From assembly GCA_013239625.1 (NCBI GenBank), contig MU056000.1:7975214-8039213 (forward strand): 64,000 nt of DNA. Direction: 5' to 3'. The notes below the pieces were generated by a model that searched no databases, had not been told where the DNA came from, and worked only from the letters and a program-made list of their open reading frames with translations. Below, one piece after another: positions 49,331-62,396 of the stretch (the stretch's first letter is position 1; every line of letters starts with the position of its first letter). The position numbers and the translations under genes are program-made. The DNA comes from Lama guanicoe (Eukaryota).

Positions 49331-51464
49331 GCGTTTTCAAGGTGAGCTCAAGCCCTTGATTCAACCTGATGTTGAATCTTATGCAATGGACGGCCGCCGT
49401 CTTCATGGTTTCTGACTAGTCTGGGTTGATCCCAGTGCCTGGCGGGGCGAAGCCTGCCGGTGGGGGCAGGAGGCATTCTGGACAAGCCCAGGGAACCCGT
49501 TTTTTATGGTTCTGTGCCGAATACCAACATGATCCAAAACAGCAATAAAGAACAATGCTCAACCCCTTCACGGGTCTGTTCCCCATCGGGTCGAAATCCT
49601 GCCACACAGCACCTACACAACACTCCTCCCTGCACGCAGTGTTTCCCAGCTTAAAGCCTACCTAACTCGCACCACGTGTAACCACTTGAAACCCAGCCAG
49701 GGACCCCTGAAAGGGCGCGTATCTGAAGGCGATCACGTGCTCTTCTGGTTGTTGAGCTTTACTAAGGAGACTTTTCCCATCGATTGCGGTAACCATGGGA
49801 AGAAAATACGCTCTCTGCTTGCACTCACCATCTAAGAAGCGTTTGAGAATATCTCCTTTTGCTTCTCTTTTCCTGATCATGATGAAAAAACTAAATGGTG
49901 TCTATCCTAACACGGTCGGGGGCACATCAGGTTACTGGCAGCGGAGAGTTCTGGCTTTTTTGAAAAGATGAAATCCCCAGGGCTTCTCAGCCTGAGGGCA
50001 GCCTGCCATTGGCCGCCACAGTGTGTCATTGACCGTGGAGAGGGTAACAGAATGGGAAAAAGTATAGTTGGTCCATTGTTTAAAAGGGACTCCAGACATC
50101 CTCATTGGCTGGGTGTTAATTGAAAGAAACCGTTTGTTTTGTGGTTAAAGTAGTTTGCTTCTGAAATTTGCTCAGAAATGGGGGCTGATTTCTCAGAAAA
50201 CTGAAAGCCAAGTGTAATTTTTCCAGCCTTCAACCTCAGGACACATTACCCTTCTTCTTCTTCATTTTTTTTTTTTCCTAAAGAGTGAAAGCCTTAAATT
50301 GAAATCAAAGTCTGAAGCAGAAGAACGAGCCCCTTTGCCTCGCTGGTGCTTAGCAAGAGCCCACACCGCGCGCTTCCTTTCTTCTGAGAAACTGGTTCAA
50401 AGGTCAAGCCTAATGCAAATCTTCAGAAGTTTTATTTTCCTTTGCAGGCTTGATGAAAGGCTCAGAGCTTGACCCAATAAAATCTAGATTATGATGTAAT
50501 CTCAGTTGTTGAGGGAACCGCCATGGTTTTTCCCTTTAAAATAATCATCTGTCTGCAGGAGATCAAAAGGCAGTGCCTTGATATTTCATTACAACAATGG
50601 ATCAACACATCCATGTATATATACATACACACACACACATCTTTATATCCTTTATTTCCTATGACCTTAAAGATCCAAATATAAATTTTTTCTTTAGGTT
50701 TGAGCTATCATCATGGGTAATAGTACTCAACAATCAAAACACAGGATTAATGAAGAATACAGTATTTGATGTGCCACTACTAAACATAAAACGTAATTTT
50801 ATTTAAAACACATTCTTTAATGAGATGGATGTGGGGTTTAAAACATTAGTTTATGACTCTATGAATGAATGTTATTTTTTGCTAGAATGCGACAGATCAC
50901 TACCAATCTTTCTATTTTTGGCTTTTACAGATGCGACTTTTGGGAAACTGTTCACGCAAGTATGCATTGAGGCTCAGGATGCGTGCAAGGTTGGCCCTTC
51001 TTTGTAAAGAAGGCAGGGAGAGCTGAAAGAGAGGTGGGAAGGAGAATGCGTGGAGGGCAGCGAGATGCTGGCGAAGGCGATTATCTTGAAACTGACTGTC
51101 CTGGAACGCCCCGAGGTCCTCACCCGGGGACACAGCACCTTTGCCTGAGAGCAGCCGGCCCAGGATGTAGGGGCTGCAACTCCTATTATTCCAAACCTCA
51201 GAAAGCATGAGGCCAGCAGAGACGGTGTTGCTGCTGCCTTCAGGGTGTGTCTTAGTTTCTTGCTCCTGCCTCCCAAAGGCTCCAATTAGCTGTGCGGCCC
51301 CACGCCTCAGATACCCCGTGCTTCCTGACAGCTTAGCCCCAGACTCTCCATCAGGGGTGCAAACTCCACAACAACATATGAGACATAGCAAGGCCTTTCC
51401 TTAATGAGCCAGAAACGAGGATGGCTGAGCAACACGGACCTTCAGATCACTGACCTTCTTAACT

Positions 51465-51560
51465 TAAGTGCAAAATGCATCACCAGGGATCTTGTTAAAA
51501 TGCAGACTGTGGTCAGTAGGTCTGGGGTGGGGGCTGGGACTCTGCATTTCTAAAGGACTT
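51465..51560. mobile_element. MER5-like hAT MITE
   Basis: ATCACCAGGGATCTTGTTAAAATGCAGA...CAGTAGGTCTGGGGTGGGGGCTGGGACTCTGCATTTCTAA. A second related fragment lies at ~52617-52740. Confidence 0.8.
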
Positions 51561-53160
51561 CCCTTGGGAGGCAATCTGGTGGAGAGAATGGTCTTACATC
51601 CAGCTCATCTTGGACCAGGGGTGCGAGGCAGATGTACTGAGGAGGGCCACCTGATTTACCAGGAGCAGTGCACAAGGCGTGACTGCATCACAAAAGAGCA
51701 GGAAATGCCTGCCTCCGTGATGAGAGGGCTCAAGCGAAAGGGGGATGCTACGGGCTGAAACTAATCCGAGAGACTGGATGTGGCTGAGTATGACCCCGGG
51801 GCTGGTGGAGGTCAAGGGCAGTCAGGGAAGGGAAAAGAGAGGGGAAATAATAAGGATCCGAGCAAATCCAAGCGAGTCTGGCACGATTCACTCAGATGAC
51901 CTGAGCTCGCTGAGGAAGGCTCTGGGGGAGAAAAAAGAGACACTAGGAGGATCTGGCTGGGATTAGGGAAGAGGGAGGAACAGCTGGGTATCTCTGAAAG
52001 GCAAGCTGAAAATGTTGACAGTTTTAAAGGGGATAACATCATCTCGTAAACTCCAATATTTGGAGACTAAATCAGAGAAAAGGGTTCCCTGGAAAGAGCA
52101 GTTGAAAACAATCCATGAGGGGATGGTTAAGTAAACTGGGGTCCAACAGAGACTATGGACGCAGCGATTAACTGAATAAAAGCAGTCTATATATTCTGAC
52201 AGAAAAGATGACCAAGACATATTATGTGAATAAAAGAAAGTCGTGAATAATAAAGATATGATACAATTATTGCAGAAATTTAAGGAAGGAATTAGTGTGA
52301 GAAAACTTTTAAAAAGTAAATTACATCTTCACAAATCCACGCTGTGACATTTTGAAAAGTGAATTTAAATTCTTTTGATCCTATCATCAATGATATTGAA
52401 CACCTGGATTCCTCAAGTCAGACTTTTCATCAAATGAAAGAAAACTCTAAGGCAGCAAAACTCAAAAGATCTTCGTGCCTGATTATGCCACCACTACAAT
52501 ACAAAGAAAAGCACACTTGCAAGGTCAAATATGATTAACGTCTTAATGTCAAAACTTGATTTCTAACTTCTGCAATAAACCAGATGTGGTATTTGAGAGA
52601 AGTTTCTCACTACAGATCAGTGACTCAGACTATAATGTGCGTAGAAATCACTTGGTGTCTTGTTAAAATGCAGATCCTTACACAGTAAATGCATTTCTTA
52701 CTGGCACCCAGGTCCTGGACTGCCGTTTGGATAACAAGGCTCTAGAGAAGGAGCTGAAAAGTTTACATTCGGGTCATTTTAGCGTTTGTAATTTTTTAAG
52801 TATAAAGATACATTCTAATATAAAATTCAAGACGTGGTGGATTGGATACTTTATTTCAGTGATTTTAAAACTAGAGAAATGAAAGGGGAAAAAGTCAGTG
52901 ATTCTTATTTTGTAGAAATCACACATCTCCATAAGAGGGTTATGTCCAATTTTTCAAAGCACTACTGATTCACTGTGTTGGGTTGATTCAGTTGTATGTC
53001 CAGTGATTTATGTGTAAAACCAGTACAACGACTCTTTTATTTCAAATCTCACTTTCCATAAACCTATACAAACCTTTACAAATTTAGAGAGAATAAACAG
53101 ATGTTGACTTGCATGCTCTATTTTAAATGTTATACAAAATTCATCTTCAGAAAAGGTACA

Positions 53161-53293
53161 TCTTTTTGCTTTTGGAGGGGGGAGGTAATTAGGTCGGTTT
53201 GTTTGTTTATTCATTTTAATGGAGGTGCTGGGGATTGAACCTGGGGCCTTGTGCATGCTAAGCACGCGCTCTACCACTGAGCCACACCCTACC
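53161..53293 (-). mobile_element. tRNA-Ala-derived SINE (camelid vic-1 type)
   Basis: Minus strand GGGTGTGGCTCAGTGGTAGAGCGCGTGCTTAGCATGCACAAGGCCCCAGGTTCAATCCCCAGCACCTCCA has A and B boxes, followed by an A-rich segment and CCTAATTACCTCCCCC. Flanking direct repeat AGAAAAGGTACA at 53149-53160 and 53306-53317. Confidence 0.88.
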
Positions 53294-53544
53294 TCTCTCC
53301 CACTTAGAAAAGGTACAACCAAAATGCCCAGATAAACTTTTCTCTTGGGCCTTCTAAGAGTGACGAGTATACCCCTAAAGGCCCTCCTCTGGGGACACAC
53401 GTGCATAGATGACACAGAATCTCACCACAGCTGAATGCCTTTGGGGTTCCTGCTGCCCTGAGGGCAGCCCTGCCTGCGAGCTCTGCCTAGTGTGTTTCAT
53501 CCCGGACACTCACCCGCTCCCTGGTGGCTCCAAACACAGCCTCT

Positions 53545-53889
53545 TGGGTTAGTCTCCTGGGGCCAAGATAACAAAAACCACAGGCTGGGAACTGATTTTC
53601 TCACAGTTCTGGAGGCTAGAAATCCAAGATCAAGGCGCAGGCAGGTTCGGTTTCCCCCAAGGCCTCTCTCCTTGGCTTCCAGATGGCCGCTCTCCCCCTG
53701 TGTCCTCATGTGACCTTTTCTCTTGTAAGGACACCAGTCCTTAGTGGATGAGGGTCCTACCCTGATGGCTTCATTTTAACTCAGTCACCTCTTTAAAAAC
53801 CACCTCTCTATACTACCGTCACGTTCTGAGGTCCTGGGGGCTGGGACTTCAACACAGGAATCTGGGGAGACACATGTCAGCCCACAACA
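53545..53889 (-). mobile_element. MaLR LTR (MLT1 family)
   Basis: TCTCACAGTTCTGGAGGCTAGAAATCCAAGATCAAGG...TAAGGACACCAGTC...GGGGAGACACATGTCAGCCCACAACA. Confidence 0.85.
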
Positions 53890-55825
53890 GCTCTCTTGAG
53901 CAAGTCTGCATTCAAGGCACCACAGAGTGACCCACAGTTGAAGGAAACACAGAGAAGAGGACAGGGGCAGCCCTGACAGTCAGTGCTAAGAGACAGGACG
54001 GGAAAGGGGTCAGAGTTCCCTCCCTGGCTGAGGCCCCGCACCCCAGAGCTCTGCGCCAGGGCCCAGCAAACGCCGACTTTTCCGCGCCATCCACGCTCAG
54101 GGCTCCTGCCACGGCCCCAAAGCAGCTTTTGTATCCAGAACCGTGACCTGGGTTTCAATGAGACCTGCCTGGCTGGGGCTGCTGCGACGGCTTCCTGTCT
54201 CTTTCATGCCCCTCTGGAAACTTACAACAAGCTCCTATTGACGGAGATAACCACAGCGCATTTTCATCCCTTGCAATTTGAAAGTGCTTACTGCAGCGAG
54301 TGAGCTAATGCTGGATGGTACCTATCAGCGCTTCAGGAGACAGTGTGGCTTGAACGAGATGCACCTTCTATGGGGATGTATGTAAGGGTCTTGCTATATG
54401 TCATTGCTTTGCCTTCATTTTCAAAAAAAATTTATTAAAGCAATAGCGTAGGTAATCAAACAGAAACTCCTTTCCTTTTTAACGGATACAAATGAAAATC
54501 TATAGTCATCAAGGGTCCGCAGCTACTTAAACAGAGCAGGACTAGCCTGTGTGTGCGTATACACTGCTTAGCAGACACGCCCAGATTCCAAGTTACCACC
54601 GCTTTCACAATATTAGCAATACTACCTGTTACTTTCACGCTGATTTATGGTAAATTTAAGCCTGTTAATGTTTCAGTAATCTTCAAAACAAAGCCCAGCA
54701 CGAATCTGGTGAGGCCCCCTGCAGAAACATTTCAGTTCATCTAAGACAGTCCATGTTTTACATTTTCTTCTTTAAAGTCAGAAGCATTTTTACTGCAGTA
54801 TAGGCGTTAACTGCCACTTATCTTAATGATTTCTTTTCTAATATAAAATAGCCTGGCTTGAAATACAGCAGACTTCTTTGTCAGGAAGAGATAGGGACAG
54901 GAGTTCTGCTGGTTCCTGGGAGAAATGGGATGCTTTTTCTTTTCGATCTATTTTTTTTGTGTGTTGGTTGAAAGCTTTCTGATTTAGGGCCTTTGAGGTA
55001 TGAGCTGCCTTCATCTTCAGTGTGAGGGAAAAACCCCAGCAGAAGTCACAGAACAGAACTTTGGCTCTGAAAGCAAAAGCCACAACAGGAGCTCCTGAGG
55101 CTCTGAAAACAGAATTATGGGTAGCTGGCAGAACCAGTTCCTAAGGGCAATTTTTAAATAAAAATGTAGCAGATACTTTTTGTTTGCATTTGACTTATTT
55201 TTAAGTTCATATGATTTTTAAATATTATTTCTTATTTATTTCTTAGTTAATATTTCTACCTCTTCTCTCCTATCCCAAAGTTTCTAGTGTCCAGAACGGT
55301 GCTGGCTGGCTGTTGGGACTCAATAAATATTTGTTAAATGACTGAATGGATTTCTGAAAGAGAATATTTTAAACTTATCACCATTCGGCAATATATTTCA
55401 AATAATAATAATAGCTATTTTTATCCTGTGGAATAATACTGTGCCATCTAATTGAAAAAGCTACCTCACATTTATGAGTTTAACTGTGTTACAGCTCATA
55501 TACTAGGTAATATATGATTGCAATATATTATTATTTTTATTTTATCATAATAAAATGTGGGCAAGAGATTAAAGAGCTTACTTAAGTAAGTAAGCATTTG
55601 GGAAGTAATAAATGGCATGAGCCACTGTAAGTTCTCCTTAAAAACGGGCTTTCGAGCTTCTCACAAAGTGGCGGAAGGCACTGTTTGCAAAGGGGTCAGG
55701 CTCAAGGTCAACGCAGATCAGTGACTTCTATTTATTCTTCCTCCCTGTGGTTCTATCTGTGGCTCCTCCCTTGGTTTCCATCACTAGGGCCTGGGCAACA
55801 TTTAGCTGGCTGTTTCATTTTCTTT

Positions 55826-56255
55826 CCTTTTTTATTGCAGTAAAATAAACATAATATAAAATTTACCATTTTCACCGTTCTTATGTCTACAGTTCAGTGT
55901 ATGCTGCCGTGCAGCCATCAGCACCATCCCTGGGAGGAACTTTTTCATCATCCCAAACAGAAACGCTATCCCTTAAACATCAGTCTGCCAACTCCTCCTC
56001 CTCACCCCTGGTCACCACTACTCAAACTTCTGTCTCTATGTTTCTGACTACTCTGGGGACCTCACACAAGTGGAATCACACAGGGTCAGTCTTTTCATGT
56101 CTGGCTTATTTCACTTAGCGTGATGTCTCTACGATTCATCTGTGTTGTAACACGTGTCAGGATTTCCTCCCTTTTTAAGGCTGAATAATATTCCATCATG
56201 TATATAGATCACATTCTGTTAATCCATTCATTCTTAGATGGATGCTTGGGTTTAA
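55826..56255 (-). mobile_element. Old L1 3' end (L1MB-like)
   Basis: AACATAATATAAAATTTACCATTT...TCTGGCTTATTTCACTTAGCGTGATG...TTTTTAAGGCTGAATAATATTCCAT. Confidence 0.85.
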
Positions 56256-56329
56256 ACAAGAAAAGCTGAAAGGGGGTTTCTCAGAAGGTATTGGAAGGAA
56301 GTTTGACAACCTTGGTGAGATGACCAGTC

Positions 56330-56742
56330 AGATTAGGCATCACAAATCATCCTACAACTCAATGGCTGAGAACAATCATCATCATTAATTATCTCATGGT
56401 TTCTTTTGCAGTAATTCAAGACAGAGAACAGGAACATCTGCTCCATGATGTCTGGGATCTAAGCTGGAAGACCCAAAGGCATGACTGGCATTGGGGGATT
56501 TGCTCTGCAAGTGGCTCACATGGGTGGGAAGCTGGTTCCTCCCATGTTGGCCTCTCCACTGGGATGCTTGAGGGCCCTAGGAAGCTGAACTGGCCTCCCT
56601 ACCTGCAGGAGTCACACAGTGCCACCCCTGCAGTACACCACTGGTCACAGAGGCCAGCCCTGACTCAGTGTGGGAGAGGCCACACAAAAGGGTGAGCGGC
56701 AGGAGACAGGGTGCTTGGGGCCATCTTGGATACTGGCTACTG
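56330..56742 (-). mobile_element. Old MaLR LTR (MLT1H-J-like)
   Basis: ACAACTCAATGGCTGAGAACAATC...TGGCCTCTCCACTGGGATGCTTGAG...GGGGCCATCTTGGATACTGGCTAC. Confidence 0.6.
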
Positions 56743-59700
56743 CAAACCTTATTACTGTTAATTATATAAAGTATGCTAATTATTTGGAGATCTTTTCAGA
56801 AATGATTAATATTTTAGAATACCGCTCCTTTGAAAACCTTGAAAATATTCAGAAGAAATATATAAGTCTAGTCATTCAGCAAATACATTCAAAAAAGTAT
56901 ATACAGGCAAAGATAATGAGGCAAAAGGCCAGGATTTTTTTTTTTTTTTTACATTCACTGGGATAATAACGAGCATCGCAAGCTAATTTTACATTACCTG
57001 TTTGTTCAGAGAAATGATTTCTGCTGTATTGTGGTTCTAAGCCAGTGGTTTCCAAACATTTGTCTGAAACCAACTCCGATATTTTTTCATAGGGGCCCTG
57101 TTATACAATTGAAAAGACTGTCCTGTCTTCCAAGATTACCTCCTGTCTGCCTTTCCTGAGTGTCAAAAAGTGACTGGAGGAGGCTGTTTGCAAAGTGAAA
57201 GTCTGGCCACCGTAGGCTGGCACCCACGTGTCTTTTGGAATGTACTCAGTGTATGGATTCCAGAAATGTTGGGAATCACTGCACTGCACGTCACAGTCAC
57301 GGGGAACCACCCTGGGGCTCACTGTTGCATGCCAGTACAGAGCAGCTGAGGGCAGACTCAGATCCTCACTTTGGGGGCCTCTATTGCAAACGGCCCAGTC
57401 ATCAAACACAATCAGAGTTTTCTTGGTGTGGTGGCTTCAGCTCTAAAGAGGCCTCCAAAACTGGTGGCCCAAGGGCCACGTTCTAAGTAAGGGCCACGTT
57501 AAGGTAGTTGAACGTGATTTCAGTAGATGAAAGAATTTAAGTTACTAGATTTGTAACGTATCATGAACAATGGAAATACCAGTTCAGAATGTACTTGTCT
57601 TACTATAAAATGCTCGTCTCCAGATGTTAGTACCTCTGAATTAATGAGCACTATTAGCTGCAAAACATCTCAAGAAGCAACGGAAATTAATTTCCATTAG
57701 TTACAGACTAACAATCAGCTACCACTGGCCTTGTAAGACAGTAAAGTTTTGAAGGCTCCATTTTTGTCCTCAATTAAATGTTCAAAGTCAGATGGTGGAA
57801 GAAAAGTGACTTACGTACGACATCCAGAAAAATGTTAAAACTGGTCTGCATGTGAAATGACCCAAGAGGATTTCAGATTTTCATCTGCGGTGGGATAAAC
57901 CAGGAGGGCTTTGTGGATGGATTAATTGAGGCATAGGCATAAGCCAACTCATAAAGAATGGAAATTCTTTTAATTACGATGGTCAAGTTCTCTGAGAAGT
58001 ACGGAGCCCTTTAAAATAGCACATGATTTCAAAAGGCTGAGCAGTTATGTGGGATTAACTACGTAAACAAACAGCCACGATGTACTTTCCGATATTCTCA
58101 CAGCTACCGTGATGAATGCACGTTTCAGTAAGGAAAACAAACCTTGCGTGTCTCCAGTTGGGTGAGTTTATATTTTTAGTTTTCAACATTCTATCAACAT
58201 TGACTTAAAGAATGGGACATGTTTAGAATGATTTTTTTTTTTAAGTGGTAAAACAAAATAAAAGCAAAGCACAAGGGCTGGGGAAGCAGACTGATGAATA
58301 AACAGACAAGAAACAAGATCAATACCTCGTTACCGTGAGTCTTTGGTCACATTAATAATCATGTGTTTATGTAAGTTTTGCAGGTCTCATCTCTGGATAA
58401 GTGTGTGCAGTGCCAGGAAACAAATAGATAATTTATGTATATCTACATGTGCACATGTAATATATGTGTATATATACAGTCTGTCTACATATATGTATAC
58501 ACATAATCTATGTGGCAGATCTGTAGCTGTCACTTAATACAACCAAACCTAGGGCTGTCCGGGTTCCCCCTTGAAGAAGACAGGCCTTGAGGAATGACTG
58601 ACCAAGTCAGCCAGTTCCATCACCCTGAGTTGTCCTGGTGTCTCTTTTCCTGGGGGGGGGGGTTCTGCTCATCGGAACCCACCTTGTGGAAGACGGATGC
58701 TGTCATCCATGTTTATAATCTTATTCAATACTGGACCCACAAAACTCTTCTCTGAGTCTTTTTCAAGCACAAACCATTCTTTTGATTCCTTCGCACCACC
58801 TCCCAGAATTCTAAAAAGTATCAGGAGGGGAGTGAGCGGGGAGCAGTCAGATGTGAAATGAAGGCAGCGACACCAAGAGGGAGCCTTGGGACTCTGGAGC
58901 TTCCATCCCGGGTCTGCAGATCCCTCGAAGTCCCCCTGAGGTTCCAGGGAAGGAGGCGCCCTCACTTTTGGTTCTCAGCTTGTTTCTAATATTCACTGTT
59001 TTTAATATTCACACTCCTTTGGGCTCCTAAATGTCTGATCGTTTCTTTCACGATGAAGATAGAGATACTTCCTCTCTCTCACCCGTAGCTTCCTGTGTTG
59101 GAGTTCTGCTTCATCGTAAAGAACCGGTAAAGGAATGACTTCACCTGCCAAGATTCTACTTTTCAGTGTGAGGATCTAAATCCAGTAGATAACACATGTA
59201 CACAAAGACAGAGACCCGGTTATCAGTGAGACAACAGAGATTAACTTTAAAGCAGGAAGTAATATGAATTACTAGCTAAAGTAATAAACTGAGAGCATCA
59301 CAATAACACTGCAAATGAACAGTTTTACTTAGGATTTCAATAACCAATGCCTTGAAACCATCAATTATCTTAATGCTATCACTGTACTCAATCACTGTGG
59401 AGGGAGGGGGCTTAAAAATTAAGACTACGGATGCTTGATGTTTCTCAGAGCTCTGACTTCTACGGACCCAAGGTTCCCTGGTGCTGGATAGTGTCATCAG
59501 AATTAATCTGCCGTCTAAACCTATTTGGTAAAGACTCCATGATAATTTAACTACTGAATGGGACTTCTCAGCTACTTTGAATCAGGGGAAAAATAATCCT
59601 TCTGTTTCTGAACAGGGCGTGTGGTTAGCTTTAGGTAGAGGGGGTAAAGGCAAGTTCTGGAAAGACTGCGTCAGGACATGTGGTCTGGTAAATCATCAGA

Positions 59701-61598
59701 GATACAAGTTAGTGACCAAAGACAAATATTCCTGGCTTCATAATAGAGACCAAATCTAGGACCAGCAGGGTCAACTCCAGAGAGGAGGGGCATGGGAGGA
59801 GGAACTCTACTGGGAAGGAGGGGAGGGTGGACACTTGCTTTTGCTCCTGTGGTTGGCTCTAGCCAGCTTGCATTTGGCGTTTGGCCCGAAATGAGGCAGG
59901 AAAAGTCCAGAATGCATGAAGCCCATGTTAGAGAGCAGAGACTTGAGTTTCTCCGACTTCTCCGCACACCTGGAGGCCTGGCTAGTGGGTGGGGGCCCCA
60001 GTGAGTGGTTGGCTCTTGGACCAGGTGTGAACTCTATGCTCACCTTCTAAACTTGGAGTAGAGTCTGTTTTACCAAAAGCCACGTGCACTGAGGGGAAGG
60101 AGAGGACTGGTTCTCAAGAGGAGAGTCTGTAGAGCCACCAGAAAAACGCAGGACAGAGATTTCCACCGTCACAACTGATGACGTATCTGCTCACGACTAA
60201 TTAACTAATTAGTCCTCTGGGTATAATTACTCATCAGTTACGACTGCCTGTGTGCCGTCACTCTTCACGACGGGATGCCGTGAGGTCCCTGTGACAGACC
60301 CGCTCCAGCAGAAATGAAGCAGGGGTGTAGGATGAGAAACGAGTCACTGTTTTAGGAACACGATCATTCCTCCTACACGTGATTCTGAAGACAGAAGGCA
60401 AAATGAATATTCTGGGCTACGGGAAAATCAATATTGGCACAGACAAGTATTATGTGTTGTAAACACTGCTTTCCTTTCGACTGATAAAAGGAGCCCTGAA
60501 AAGGAGGCTTTCGGCAAACAAATAAACAAAATCCGTCTGCAGTGAGGTCTTCCCTTCCATCTTCCAATTCTGCTTCCTGGCCGTGAGGGTCTCAAGCATC
60601 CTTCCTTCCTGCCTCCACGGCCTGGGCTCCAGCCTCACTGGATCCCCTCCCACCTCTGGCTTCCCAGCAGGGCGTCCTCCTAGGATCTGCTCTTTTGTCT
60701 TTCCTACCAGACATGGCCTCTCTGCCTTCACCCATTTCCCCCACATCTCTGACTCCCAAGTGCCATTCTCAGCCCACGCCTCCATCCACGGGTGCTGCTG
60801 ATGGCAGGAGCAGGGCTCGCAGCCGGGAGGCGGTGGTGATAACTACGGCTAACAGCCGGCCCCTCCCTGTAACGTGAAATGGTCCAAAGACCTTAAGGGC
60901 TTAACATATTTCATCTCACAACAACCTTGCAAGGAAGGCGTTTTTATGATTTCCGTTCTACACACAGGGACACCGAGGGCAGGGCAAATGAACACCACGC
61001 CGGGAATGCTGATTTGCTAAAAATCCTTTTCTCCTTGGATTAGGTGCTCTTTACAACCCAGACCTCCTCTCCTCTCCCCGTGCGGGGCGAGGGCACACAC
61101 CGCAGGGCTGCACAAGATCACCATCCACTGGGCTGAGTGGAGAATGTCTGAATTTCTATTCATTTTTTTAACCAAACAAAATAAAACAGTGAAGAACTAT
61201 CATATTTACTCTGTGGACTGGCACTGGGGCACTGGCCATCTCACTGGACCCACACTTCAGATGACGGTGTACATTTTTTATTGAAAGCTACAACATGGCA
61301 CGAGTGACAGTGACATCCTTGCTTGTTCGAGTACTTCACCTGGGGCTCCTCACTGCTGCTGATGTGTGGTGGTCCTTGCGAAGTTTTGTATTATATTATC
61401 TAGCTTTAAACTAACCCTCGCAGCAGGAACAAGACAGCGCTACTAATTCAAGCATGTCGAAAAGCTGAGGAAACAGCTGTGCTCGCCCATCCACCCACCG
61501 TGTTACTCAGCAAACCAGTGATGATGCACTCAGACCTAACAGATTCCACCGTGCTGGTCTTTCTGAATGAAGGCTTTGATGATTACCGATGGAAGCTG

Positions 61599-62240
61599 AA
61601 CATGGAGACAACCTAAGTGTCCATCAATGGATGCATGGAGAAACAAAATGATTATATATATATATATATATACATACACACACACACACACAATAAATGT
61701 TATTCAGCCATGAAAAAGAAGGAAATCTTGCCATTTGCAACAACATGGATGGACCCTGACTGCATTATGCTAAATGAAATAAGTCAGACAGAGAAAGACC
61801 AAGACTGTAAGATTTCACTTACATGTGAAATCTGAAAAACAAAAACAAAAACAAACCCTACAGGAAAAGAGATCAGATTTGTGGTTACTGTAAGTAGGAG
61901 GTTGGGGTGGGGGGAGTAGGAATTGGATGAAGGTGGTCAAAAGGTCCAAATTTCCAGTTATAAGAGAAATGAGAACTATGGATGCAACACACATGATGAC
62001 TATAGTTAACACTGCTGTGTGTTATATGTGAAAATTGGTTAAGAGAGTAGATCCTAAGAGTTCTCATCACAAGTTTAAATTTCTTTTTTCTTTTCTGTGT
62101 GTGTGTCTGAGATGATGGATGTTAACTAAACTTAACTGTGGTAATCATTTCACAATATATGTAAGCCAAATAATTATACTGCACATCTTGAACTCAGAGA
62201 GAGTTGTATGTCAATTACATTTTAATAAAACTGGAAAAAA
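61599..62240 (+). mobile_element. L1 3' end (L1MA-like)
   Basis: CAACCTAAGTGTCCATCAATGG; KKKEILPFATTWMD; AAGAGAGTAGATCCTAAGAGTTCTCATCAC; terminal AATAAAACTGGAAAAAA. Confidence 0.9.
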
Positions 62241-62396
62241 TTGGACTAAAATGAAAAAAAATTATACTGCTTAGAAAAAAATGTAAGCTGAAATAAAAAC
62301 TTTTCATTGTGGTGTTTTATCTTTAACATACCCTGTTTCAAGTTCTGTCTTCAGTATACAGAGTTTATTCGTGTAAACAGTCTTAATAGCAAACAT

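Noticed and set aside
50912..51391. 159-aa minus-strand ORF in unique DNA
   Set aside because: No recognisable homology or supporting splice structure; overlapping ORFs occur in several frames.
53220..53293. tRNA-Ala(AGC) gene
   Set aside because: The acceptor stem is mispaired, and it is followed by a SINE body and flanked by a direct repeat.
57471..57500. 12-bp direct repeat AAGGGCCACGTT x2
   Set aside because: Ordinary micro-duplication with only two units.
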